Positions 25,816 to 34,726 of a stretch of 64,000 nt of DNA are shown piece by piece. The translations under genes and the position numbers were made by a program. This stretch comes from Fidelibacterota bacterium SCGC AAA298-D23 (GTDB taxonomy: Bacteria; Fidelibacterota; Marinisomatia; Marinisomatales; Marinisomataceae): contig AQSI01000002.1 in NCBI GenBank assembly GCA_000402655.1, positions 83,720-147,719 of the forward strand, written 5' to 3'. The stretch's first letter is position 1. Each line of letters opens with the position of its first letter. The notes below the pieces were generated by a model. It saw nothing but the letters and a program-made list of their open reading frames with translations. It did not search any database and was not told where the DNA came from.

Positions 25816-28512
25816 GTGATGAGTAGAATCTTTCCAGACTCAAATTATAATATTTTTGAAGATCTTAATAATCCAAGAAGTAAGAGTGAGTGGGGATATG
25901 GATATGAAAAATCAAGCAATACAGAATTTATTAATTACAAAGAGTTTATAGATAAGCTTGACCAGTATGTTGATTCAAATTTTAAAATATGGCTAGGAAC
26001 TGACCCTTATAACCCTCTTTATTTTTCTGAGATATGCATCTTTGATCAAGAGAACGGAACTTTTCATCTAATTGAATACTTTCCTTTTAAACATCAAGAG
26101 CAAGTTAATTACATTTTCAATCCAAATGCTTTTAAAAGGGGCGTACTTATTAAGGATAGAATTTTTAAAAATAAAAAAAATCCAAAATCTTTTTCAACCA
26201 AAGATCATCATTTGTATCTGAAAAATATTCTTGAACTTAAAAAAATATATGATAACAAGGGTGACAAAGGACAGCTTTCGGACGTTGATGAGAGCAGGAA
26301 AAAAGATATTTTAAATTATAATAATAAGTTTGAAAAACTTTTAAAAGACTATAAGACAATAAAAGATGATCCAGTTAACAGACTGAATAGGTTTTCTTAT
26401 GGAATAACAGATTCCCTAAATATCTCTAACAATGATGCTAAATCATTTAGAGAAAATAACATTTATAAACATTTCTTTTTTGGAAATCTTAACTCAGAAT
26501 ATAAAGAAGATTATTTTATTACATCTGAAGATGAAAAGAAATTTTTTTCATCACAAAAGGCATACAATTACGGAAAAGGTATTAATTATTATGGTAGGGA
26601 AGACTTCCAATTATTGATTGATAAAATAAATAAACAGATAAAAAATCCAATTTGGAATTCCAAAAAACATGTTAAAAAAATAGAATTCAATTTTTTACCT
26701 GTAATAAAAAAAGTTGAAAAGAATAAACCTAAAAAACTTTCAGATATTCAGATAAAACATGTGAATAGAAAAGCTTTTTCAAGTAGGATGAGAATATCAG
26801 GTGTTGCTGGTTCCGGAAAAACTTTTTGTTTAACAACAAGAGCAATGAATTATGCTAATAACGATAAAAATGTTTTGTATACATTCTTTACTTCGTCATT
26901 CAAAAGTTATGTTATACACAACTTAGAAAATCCTGATTTTACCTATAAAAGACGAGTTGGTAATTACAATAAACCGAGTATAGTTGTCAAAAATATTCAT
27001 ATGTTATTTTCAGAAATGATAGACCAATATTATTTACACATTAAGTCTCTAGGTCTTAAAGATGATGAGGGTCTAGATTATAGAAATATCAGAAAAATAA
27101 AGCCCGAAAAAAATAAAAGTTTTGAAGTGGCATTTACAACAAAAATAAATCGTTTAATAAAACATGATGAAAAAGTTTTTTTTGATGCGATGGGAAACGT
27201 TTTTGACTTTGATGCTATAATGGTTGATGAGGGTCAAAATTTTAAAAGCTCATGGTTTTCTGTTTTGCAAAAAGTTTGTTTAAAAAATAGACCAAAAGAA
27301 CAGACTTATGGAGATATGATGGTAGCATTTGATGAAAAACAAAAGCTATTTGGTGATAATGAAGTTGGAGAATCAATAAAGGAACTATCAAAACCCGAAT
27401 TAATAAATGATCCTTTAAATGCGACATATAGAATTCCACCTAATTTGTTTGAAAAGGTAAATATTGTTAGAAAAAAACTTGGTTTGTCAGAAATCGAATA
27501 CATAATTCCTAGTAAAAAAGATTTAGATTTTATGTCTGAAGGAGAATATGAATGGATAAACATACCAAAGAATTTTTCATCTATAGATGATAAATCAGAA
27601 TTTATTGTAAATAATACACTTAAAATAATTAAAAAAAATAGTTTGAAGCTTGGTGACAGTGCTATTATAACAGACGATCATACAATAATGGCTAAAATCC
27701 AAGATTTAATTAACAAGAAAAATCTTCTAGAGAATAATGATGCGCATTTAGAAAAGATTACAGATGAACAAGAAATATTAGATAAAAACAAAAATCACAC
27801 CACTATGATTCTAACAGAATGCCCTGACAAACATAAAGAGAAGCTTCATAATATGCTTTTAAACAGTAATATTGAACCTGGGAAAGATGAATCGTGGTTG
27901 CTACAAGATAATGAATTTAAAATGAAAAGTTATGGAAAGTGGAATCCAGAAACAAGGTCAAGAAAATTAAGAAATGACTACAGCTTGCTTAACACCGATA
28001 AGTATAATTTATTATTCCATTTATATGAGGATGAAGAACAATTACAGGAGTCCATCCTTGATGATTATGAACAGGATATCCCATCTTATGCTATAGATCC
28101 AAAACTTTCAAAAGAAAGTTTAAATTTACTACCTGATGTTAAGTACGAAGTGGCTTACAATTGGAATGAAAATGAGCTAAATACTCATAAAATATCTAGA
28201 AGGGCTCAATGGCTAAATAGGCAATTGAAGGATATTTACGACTTCTCAGATGATAAAGGGTTAATTACTCACACAATAAAAAGCTTTCAAGGACAAGAAT
28301 TACCAAATATTTTTATCTATCTTTCCAGTCAATTCAATAAAGATGGATTAAGAAAAGAGCAAGGAGCTAAATATACATATTGGAAAAGTTCATGGGAATA
28401 TGAAGCTTATGTTAATCAGCTTTTTGTTGCACTTACTAGGTCTAGAAATTCTGCTTGGTTATTTAATGATAGTAGCGAATTAGATTTTATTTCTGAAGAA
28501 TTTAATAGGTGA
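25816..28512 (+). CDS. Superfamily-1 (UvrD/Rep-like) helicase-family ATPase with about 320-aa unknown N-terminal region
   Basis: 898 aa, starting at GTG 25816 or ATG 25819, directly abutting the upstream stop. Motifs are Walker A GVAGSGKTF, motif II IMVDEGQNF, NATYRIP (NYRS-like), IKSFQGQELPNIFIYL and LFVALTRSRNSAWLF. Confidence 0.8.
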   Translation: MMSRIFPDSNYNIFEDLNNPRSKSEWGYGYEKSSNTEFINYKEFIDKLDQYVDSNFKIWLGTDPYNPLYFSEICIFDQENGTFHLIEYFPFKHQEQVNYIFNPNAFKRGVLIKDRIFKNKKNPKSFSTKDHHLYLKNILELKKIYDNKGDKGQLSDVDESRKKDILNYNNKFEKLLKDYKTIKDDPVNRLNRFSYGITDSLNISNNDAKSFRENNIYKHFFFGNLNSEYKEDYFITSEDEKKFFSSQKAYNYGKGINYYGREDFQLLIDKINKQIKNPIWNSKKHVKKIEFNFLPVIKKVEKNKPKKLSDIQIKHVNRKAFSSRMRISGVAGSGKTFCLTTRAMNYANNDKNVLYTFFTSSFKSYVIHNLENPDFTYKRRVGNYNKPSIVVKNIHMLFSEMIDQYYLHIKSLGLKDDEGLDYRNIRKIKPEKNKSFEVAFTTKINRLIKHDEKVFFDAMGNVFDFDAIMVDEGQNFKSSWFSVLQKVCLKNRPKEQTYGDMMVAFDEKQKLFGDNEVGESIKELSKPELINDPLNATYRIPPNLFEKVNIVRKKLGLSEIEYIIPSKKDLDFMSEGEYEWINIPKNFSSIDDKSEFIVNNTLKIIKKNSLKLGDSAIITDDHTIMAKIQDLINKKNLLENNDAHLEKITDEQEILDKNKNHTTMILTECPDKHKEKLHNMLLNSNIEPGKDESWLLQDNEFKMKSYGKWNPETRSRKLRNDYSLLNTDKYNLLFHLYEDEEQLQESILDDYEQDIPSYAIDPKLSKESLNLLPDVKYEVAYNWNENELNTHKISRRAQWLNRQLKDIYDFSDDKGLITHTIKSFQGQELPNIFIYLSSQFNKDGLRKEQGAKYTYWKSSWEYEAYVNQLFVALTRSRNSAWLFNDSSELDFISEEFNR

Positions 28513-28518
28513 CAATTT

Positions 28519-28713
28519 ATGGGCTGCTTTAACACATTATTTTTATTATTACTTGGCGGAATATACTTATTCTGGCCTGATTTAATGCAAGTTGAAGGCT
28601 TTTGGTTTAGTTTTATAGCTGTATGGCTATGTTTTTTTATTTCATGGGCATTATTTGGCGATATAGCAGATGAAATTTCGGGTGTAAATAAATATAAAGA
28701 TGATGAATTCTAA
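28519..28713 (+). CDS. Small two-TM membrane protein
   Basis: 64 aa with two hydrophobic helices and an acidic tail. Confidence 0.55.
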   Translation: MGCFNTLFLLLLGGIYLFWPDLMQVEGFWFSFIAVWLCFFISWALFGDIADEISGVNKYKDDEF

Positions 28714-29077
28714 ATCACTTAATTGGTCTAACTGGAAATTATTACCAAATCCTTCTAAGTCACATAATAGTTTTAGATCGTTAATCATGAAAGCAGTAAG
28801 AAACCCTTCCTATCCAGGAGTTTATCAATTAAAAAACAATGATACGGGTGAATATGTACTTTTTGGGGTAGGTGTTAAGGTAGGAGAGCGTATGTGCTCC
28901 TTAATTCCTAAAGAATACGGTGGTGTTGGACGAAGAAACAACCACTATAAAAGAGATTATGTTTGGAAAAATATAGAATACATTCAGTTTAGAACGATAA
29001 CTACTGAAACACGCAATGAAGCTCTTGAAATAGAAAGATTTTTAAAACATCAAAATATTCATATTTTCAATACATGA
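28700..29077 (+). CDS. GIY-YIG-like nuclease domain protein
   Basis: 125 aa. PGVYQLKNNDTGEYVLFGVG supplies the GIY and YIG elements with the correct spacing. It also has a downstream Arg and the NEALEIERFL catalytic-Glu helix. It overlaps both neighbours. Confidence 0.55.
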   Translation: MMNSKSLNWSNWKLLPNPSKSHNSFRSLIMKAVRNPSYPGVYQLKNNDTGEYVLFGVGVKVGERMCSLIPKEYGGVGRRNNHYKRDYVWKNIEYIQFRTITTETRNEALEIERFLKHQNIHIFNT

Positions 29078-29904
29078 ATTCTAGCGTGAAACCTTTTTTG
29101 AAGTGGGTAGGTGGCAAGTACACTTTAGCAATTGAGCTTAAAAAGCATTTACCAAACAATTTTGATGAGCTTAATTATATTGAACCAATGTTAGGTGGAG
29201 CTGGTATGTTTTTCAATTTGCAACCAAAAAAAGCTATTTTAAGCGATATAAACAAAAAACTTATCATAACCTATCAATCTATCCAAAATAACGTTGAAGG
29301 TGTTATTTCGGAGCTAAAAAAGCATGAATTAAACCACAAAACTAATGAAGATTACTTTTATGATGTAAGAGAGTATTTTAATAAAGGATGTGAAACACGT
29401 GAAGGACTTGCAGCAGCTTTTATATATCTAAATAAAACAAATTTTAATGGATTATATAGAGTTAATAATAAGGGAGAGTTTAATGTTCCAAAGGGAAGAA
29501 CTACCTCGGGTTCTGTTACTATCTGCGATGAAAAAGTATTAAAAAATTGCTCAGATTTGCTTAAAGGTGTTGAACTGTATTGGAAGTCCTATGAAGATGC
29601 TTTAAAAGATTTAAATAAACATTGTTTTGTATATCTAGATCCTCCTTACTTACCACAAACAGATGTCTCATTTACTAAATATTCTAAAGATGGATTTTCA
29701 GTTGAGGATCATCAAATATTATCAAAACATTGTAAAGATTTATCTCAAAGAGGTATAAAGTTTATGATGTCAAATGCTGAAAATGATTATACGTATGAAA
29801 TATATGGTGATTTTTCAATTAAACCACTGACTGTTTATCATTCTCTGGGTCCAGACAAAAAAACAAGAAAAAAGGCAAAGGAATGTATAATTACAAACTA
29901 TTAG
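29074..29904 (+). CDS. Dam-family (alpha-class, D12) N6-adenine DNA methyltransferase
   Basis: 276 aa. PFLKWVGGKY, EPMLGGAGMFF, NFNGLYRVNNKGEFNVP and YLDPPY are collinear with E. coli Dam. Confidence 0.88.
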   Translation: MNSSVKPFLKWVGGKYTLAIELKKHLPNNFDELNYIEPMLGGAGMFFNLQPKKAILSDINKKLIITYQSIQNNVEGVISELKKHELNHKTNEDYFYDVREYFNKGCETREGLAAAFIYLNKTNFNGLYRVNNKGEFNVPKGRTTSGSVTICDEKVLKNCSDLLKGVELYWKSYEDALKDLNKHCFVYLDPPYLPQTDVSFTKYSKDGFSVEDHQILSKHCKDLSQRGIKFMMSNAENDYTYEIYGDFSIKPLTVYHSLGPDKKTRKKAKECIITNY

Positions 29905-29905
29905 T

Positions 29906-30355
29906 TTATTTAGCTGCTTTTTTCATGTAGGAGTAAAGAGTCGTAATTACTTTTTCTTCATCCTCTTGATTTAAAATCTTTAGAAGCTTTTTAATTCCGC
30001 CATTAGCATACTCATGCGAAATATTTTGAATAATTTTTTTATCTTCATCTAAAATTTCAAGCCCTTTTTCTTTAACGGCTATAGATACAATTAAAGCAAC
30101 GGTATTTTTTCGCAAAATAGTGTCAATATTTCCACCTCTTACTTGCTGTAACCAACCGCCATTATTATTTGTGAAAGTTCCTTTTAATTTCAAATTATCT
30201 GTGTAGCCAATAGCTATCGCCATACAAACGACTTGTAATTTATCTATATTATATTTATCAACAATTTCATGTTTAAAAACTTTTTGCCATGTTTCTTCGT
30301 TTTTACTATCAATATAGAAAGCACTTCGTACAAAATTTTGAATATTATTTGCCAT
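29906..30355 (-). CDS. DndE-like / dnd-associated small protein (tentative)
   Basis: 149 aa with a TAATG overlap onto the upstream ATPase. The blocks VVCMAIAIGY ... NNNGGW ... ISHEYANGGIKKLLKIL loosely follow my memory of the DndE pattern. Confidence 0.35.
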   Translation of the reverse strand: MANNIQNFVRSAFYIDSKNEETWQKVFKHEIVDKYNIDKLQVVCMAIAIGYTDNLKLKGTFTNNNGGWLQQVRGGNIDTILRKNTVALIVSIAVKEKGLEILDEDKKIIQNISHEYANGGIKKLLKILNQEDEEKVITTLYSYMKKAAK

Positions 30356-32475
30356 TATATTGTTCTTTTATGGTAGTTAGTCTCAATTGCATTATCTTTA
30401 TCTAAGCTTGAAATTTTTATTTCATAGAAGTTTGAGACATAGGGTTTAATAATCTTGAAAACATCATCAGTGAGTTCAGAGTCAGTAAAAAAGAAGGTAG
30501 TTTGAATATCTTTATCTTTCAAGTTAACAAAATTTTCCATTATTCCTTTTCTGTATTCTAAACTAACCGCACTAAGAGGCGTATCAATAAACATTGGAAA
30601 TCTTAATTCCAAACCTTCTTGCATGGACTGCATGTAACAATATCCTGTAAGAAATTGTTCCCCTGTTGACATGAGAGGAGAACCATTCAATGGAAGTAAA
30701 TTATTATTATTCTTATCACTAACATTTAAGTTGTAATTTTCAGAGATTTTAGCATTCCAAAAACCTTTTTTTAGCGTTGTTGTTTCAATTAATTTTCTAA
30801 ACCTATCATTAGTAACTTTTAAGGCTTCCAGTCTTGTGTCCTCAATAGCTGGCTCTAGAAGATTAATTGATTTTTCAAGAAAATTTAATTGAATATATGC
30901 TTCTGAAGAACTTGATATATTTTTTTTAATATTTTTAATTTCCTCATTGAGTTCTCTTATAAAATCAATATTAGTTTCAACAATAGCTTCTTTTTTAGTT
31001 AAATCTCTATTAGCGACTTTAAGCCTTATTTCTGCCATATCATGTTTTTTTTGAATTTCTTTCATTGACTTTTTATCATAATTTCCAATTTCATTCATAT
31101 GATCTGCTCTTTGTTTATCTAAGTTACTCAGTTTATTTTTAATTTTTTTTAATTCGTCATATGAATTTTTTGCATTCTCGAAGATTATGGTTGGACTGTC
31201 ATTTAAAATTCCAGCTGTAAATTCTTTGGTATGGGTTGCAATATTCGCAATTTGACTTTTTCTTTTTGATGCAACTCCTTGATTATATTCTTTTATTTTA
31301 TCTAGAAATTTTTCCTTATTAAAATTTTTAATCCAATTTATTTTTGCATAAAATTGTTTATCTTTTTTTAATTTTCCATCAATATCTTTAATTACAAGTT
31401 TATCCTCATCAATAATTAAATCTAATATGTCTTCAACATTTTCAAGGGCAGGAGGGGGTAATTCTTTATTTTCAATTTTTTTTGCAATTAATGTATCAAA
31501 ATCATCTATTTCTTTTCTTAGAACAACATTTGCAAATGATTCTAATATATCTGTTTTATACTTATTATCTATTTCGTTGTATTTTTCATTTAATGCTACC
31601 TTTTGAATATCAATTATTTCAACTTTATTATAAATTTTTTCTGTTGCCTCATTTTTTTTTATGATTTCAACGTAGTCATTGATTTCATTCTTAATGCTTA
31701 ATATTTCCTCCTCAAGTTCGCCAATATCATTTACAAGCTTATTACCGAGTTCAATTTTTTCTGTTACAGAATTTTGAGTTCTAACAAGAATAGCTTCTGG
31801 GCTGGTTCCTGTCGATTTTGGTATTTTTTTAACAAGCTCAGATCTTAAATTTTTAAGATTTTTTAAAACACTTGTCATATCAGTAATTCCTGTTAATATG
31901 TTTAAATGAGATTCAATTGAGGATGATTTGTTTGCTTTAACAAAATCTTGAATGTCCTGACCATCAAAAAAGAAGAAGTTTTGAATTGATCCATTGATAA
32001 TATTATTTTCAATATACTGTTCTGCGCTGTCATCCTCTCTGGATTGCAATCCTTCAGAATTATAAAAAGTAACATCTAATTGAGCTTTTTTAGGTAAATA
32101 CTTTAACTCAACTGGTTTTGTGTCCGTCTTATCTTTTATCTTTTGAAAAACTTCTGAACGTTCAACAGTTTTTTCATTATTATTTTCGTCGAGAAATATA
32201 ATTTTTACAGAAACTGTTTCTTCTTCATTAATTAGCATTTGTTGTGCAACTTTAAAATTTAGTCTTTCATTTTGAAATTCTTTTTGTCTGATATTTGATA
32301 ATCTAGGTTCTTTATTAAAAAGGCACCAACTTATTGCCCTGTAAGTACTAGTCTTTCCAAATCCATTATTTCCTAGAATTATGTTAAAAGGCTTATTTTT
32401 TGAAGTGCTCAAATCGAGCTCATGAAAACCCTTATATTGTCTAAAATTATTTAAATGAATTTTTTTAATTTTCAT
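30355..32475 (-). CDS. DndD-like SMC/ABC-type ATPase
   Basis: 706 aa. The N-terminus is MKIKKIHLNNFRQYKG...ILGNNGFGKTS (Walker A), followed by about 400 aa of coiled coil. The C-terminus has the STGEQ signature, then PMFIDTPLS and FFFTDSEL, as in DndD (xIDTPLGRLD...TDxE). Confidence 0.65.
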   Translation of the reverse strand: MKIKKIHLNNFRQYKGFHELDLSTSKNKPFNIILGNNGFGKTSTYRAISWCLFNKEPRLSNIRQKEFQNERLNFKVAQQMLINEEETVSVKIIFLDENNNEKTVERSEVFQKIKDKTDTKPVELKYLPKKAQLDVTFYNSEGLQSREDDSAEQYIENNIINGSIQNFFFFDGQDIQDFVKANKSSSIESHLNILTGITDMTSVLKNLKNLRSELVKKIPKSTGTSPEAILVRTQNSVTEKIELGNKLVNDIGELEEEILSIKNEINDYVEIIKKNEATEKIYNKVEIIDIQKVALNEKYNEIDNKYKTDILESFANVVLRKEIDDFDTLIAKKIENKELPPPALENVEDILDLIIDEDKLVIKDIDGKLKKDKQFYAKINWIKNFNKEKFLDKIKEYNQGVASKRKSQIANIATHTKEFTAGILNDSPTIIFENAKNSYDELKKIKNKLSNLDKQRADHMNEIGNYDKKSMKEIQKKHDMAEIRLKVANRDLTKKEAIVETNIDFIRELNEEIKNIKKNISSSSEAYIQLNFLEKSINLLEPAIEDTRLEALKVTNDRFRKLIETTTLKKGFWNAKISENYNLNVSDKNNNNLLPLNGSPLMSTGEQFLTGYCYMQSMQEGLELRFPMFIDTPLSAVSLEYRKGIMENFVNLKDKDIQTTFFFTDSELTDDVFKIIKPYVSNFYEIKISSLDKDNAIETNYHKRTI

Positions 32476-32672
32476 TTTTTTCTTTTTCTTTGTTTTGAAA
32501 TTTGATTATTTAAAGAATCAATATAGTCTTTTCTGTACTGTGTAATAGTTTGATAGTTTTGAATTGATTGAATATTAATTAAATGCTTTAAAAAGTGGTA
32601 ATTTTCTATATTATCATCCTGTTCAGCTATTTTTTTAATTATTTCTAATCCTTTATCTGAAAATGATTTCAT
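32472..32672 (-). CDS. Small helical protein with basic tail
   Basis: 66 aa with ATGA overlaps on both sides and a C-terminal KQRKRKK. Confidence 0.55.
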   Translation of the reverse strand: MKSFSDKGLEIIKKIAEQDDNIENYHFLKHLINIQSIQNYQTITQYRKDYIDSLNNQISKQRKRKK

Positions 32673-34726
32673 TCTTCAATTTTCCATTCTTCTTTTAAAT
32701 TTTCTATCATGATTGAATTTTCATCATGATTTAACGAAATATGAGAAAATTCATCAATTCTTTCTAGTTGTTTTTTAATTAAGTTTTGTTGCATAAGAAA
32801 TGATATACTTGGATCTGCAGGGGGGATACAAATAAAATCATAAATATCAGCAATTTTTTTAGATTCTTTATATGGTTTTCTAAGGACTCGTCCACGTCTT
32901 TGAATATATTGCTTTGAATTATTTGAGCTAGCAAGTATAATTGCAGTTTCAGCATTTGGAATATCTACACCTTCATCAAGACAATTCATTGCAATAATTG
33001 CATCAAGTTTCTGATTTTTAAATCTGCTCATCATATCCTTTCTAGCTTGTGTTGATGTACCAGATATAAATCTCATATATCTCATACCTTTTTCATTTAA
33101 AATTGACTGTATATTTTCTAAAAAATCTTTTGTGCCGCAATATATAAAACCTCCATTTAAGTCGTAGTTTAATTCGCTAATTAAATTTTCGAATGCCTCA
33201 TATTTATTGTATGCTGTTTTTATTATTTCTGCTCTTTGTAATAATAGATTTTCATAATGTTTCTTAAACTCTGGCTTATCATAAATAGGAGCCATCTTTC
33301 TAGTTAATTCTTTATAATCTTGTAACTCATCATTTGTTAAATCAACAAGATTAATATGATATCTATATGGGCATAGAAAGCCATTTTCAATTCCCCATGC
33401 CAAATCTTTTTCATAAAAACATCCTTCTTTATCAAAATATGTATATATCAAATCACTACCTTCATCATCAAAATATCTTTTTGGTGTTGCGCTTAATGCA
33501 ATGCGACAATCAAAATTATTAATTAAACCTTGTTTCCATTTTGGAGCACCTGCATTATGTACTTCGTCACATATTATAGCCAAAGGTTTTTGACATTCAT
33601 TAATGATTTTTTTATAATCGTCTTTATAGAAAGACTGATAAGTAACTAGACATATTATATTATCTTCAAATTCTATATTAAGATTGGTTATAGCTTGCTG
33701 TAATTCTTTTTTGCTTCTATCTCTTAAAATAAAAGGTTGAATACCTAAAATTTTTTCAATTTCATCAGCCCATTGATAAATTAGCGTTTCACTAGGAACA
33801 ACAATTGAGCAATAGTATGCATTATCAACTGATTTAGCATATTCTTTTAATGCAAAAAGGGAAGTATACGTTTTACCTAATCCAGTCGCTAGCGCAAGAA
33901 TACCTTTGAAATTATTTTGAACAAGTTTATCGATTGCTTCTTGTTGGTACTCACGCGGACCACTTTCCTCAACAATAATTTCTTGTGATTCTGAATTAAT
34001 TTCAATTAAATCTTTTGTCAGTTGATCGCTAGCAACTAATACATCTTGAGTAGTTTTTAGGTCATTATTTATTAACAGTCTTTCTTTGCAAACTTTCGGA
34101 AAATCTACAACTTCAACTTTATCGGCAAGATTATTCCAGTAAATATCAAATTTTCTGAAACTATTTTCTACTCTTTTTTTATCAATTTCGTTATCCCAAG
34201 ATGTAAAAATATTTGCACTCTCAATCTGATTAAGAAGTGAATTTGCTGACTCATTAATTGATCCATTATAATTCAATCTATTTCCATCAGGATCTTCGAA
34301 ATTTCCCCATTTTGAGTGTAACATACCACCATCATCAGGCTTCTTAAATCCAATCTTTATTTCAAGAAAATCATTTGCTATCATCCAGCCTAGTATCTTT
34401 CTTGGATTATCTTTCAACATAAGTTCAAGTTTTTTTATATCATCTAATAGCTCATCATCAAACTGATTTGTATAACCAGCTTTTATAGACTCATAATCTT
34501 CTTCGCTATTAATATGTTTGCTAAAAATAAGTCGATATTTACCTTTATTTTGAATGAATTGAGACATTCCTTCTGCTACAGCTGATAACGATTTAGGACT
34601 AAAATATCCCGCAACTCTATCATACCGCATAGAGTTCTTTAATGCAGGAAGGTAAAAATCGCTCAGAAAATTATCTTCTAAGCCTCCATCAAAATGTTCA
34701 CTAATTTTTAAATTTTTTAAATTCAC
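32669..34726 (-). CDS. PLD-family nuclease domain fused to a DExH (SF2, restriction 'res'-type) helicase
   Basis: 685 aa with a GTG start. It has a single HKD motif (HSKWGNFEDPDGNRLNYNGSINES). Helicase motifs are I ATGLGKTY, II ICDEVHNAG, III LSATPKR, V LDEGVDIPN and VI QRRGRVLR. Confidence 0.8.
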   Translation of the reverse strand: MNLKNLKISEHFDGGLEDNFLSDFYLPALKNSMRYDRVAGYFSPKSLSAVAEGMSQFIQNKGKYRLIFSKHINSEEDYESIKAGYTNQFDDELLDDIKKLELMLKDNPRKILGWMIANDFLEIKIGFKKPDDGGMLHSKWGNFEDPDGNRLNYNGSINESANSLLNQIESANIFTSWDNEIDKKRVENSFRKFDIYWNNLADKVEVVDFPKVCKERLLINNDLKTTQDVLVASDQLTKDLIEINSESQEIIVEESGPREYQQEAIDKLVQNNFKGILALATGLGKTYTSLFALKEYAKSVDNAYYCSIVVPSETLIYQWADEIEKILGIQPFILRDRSKKELQQAITNLNIEFEDNIICLVTYQSFYKDDYKKIINECQKPLAIICDEVHNAGAPKWKQGLINNFDCRIALSATPKRYFDDEGSDLIYTYFDKEGCFYEKDLAWGIENGFLCPYRYHINLVDLTNDELQDYKELTRKMAPIYDKPEFKKHYENLLLQRAEIIKTAYNKYEAFENLISELNYDLNGGFIYCGTKDFLENIQSILNEKGMRYMRFISGTSTQARKDMMSRFKNQKLDAIIAMNCLDEGVDIPNAETAIILASSNNSKQYIQRRGRVLRKPYKESKKIADIYDFICIPPADPSISFLMQQNLIKKQLERIDEFSHISLNHDENSIMIENLKEEWKIEE

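Noticed and set aside
22418-26580. Shared YNYG[QK]G motif in the 214-aa protein (PYNYGQG) and the helicase N-region (AYNYGKG)
   Set aside because: It is only a six-residue match in Asn/Tyr-rich proteins, too short to distinguish from chance without a profile comparison.
26432-26617. 61-aa same-strand ORF nested in the helicase gene (also 27242..27563 and 31482..31664 antisense ORFs in island genes)
   Set aside because: It is out of frame within a long ORF that carries ordered helicase motifs, and it has no independent signals.
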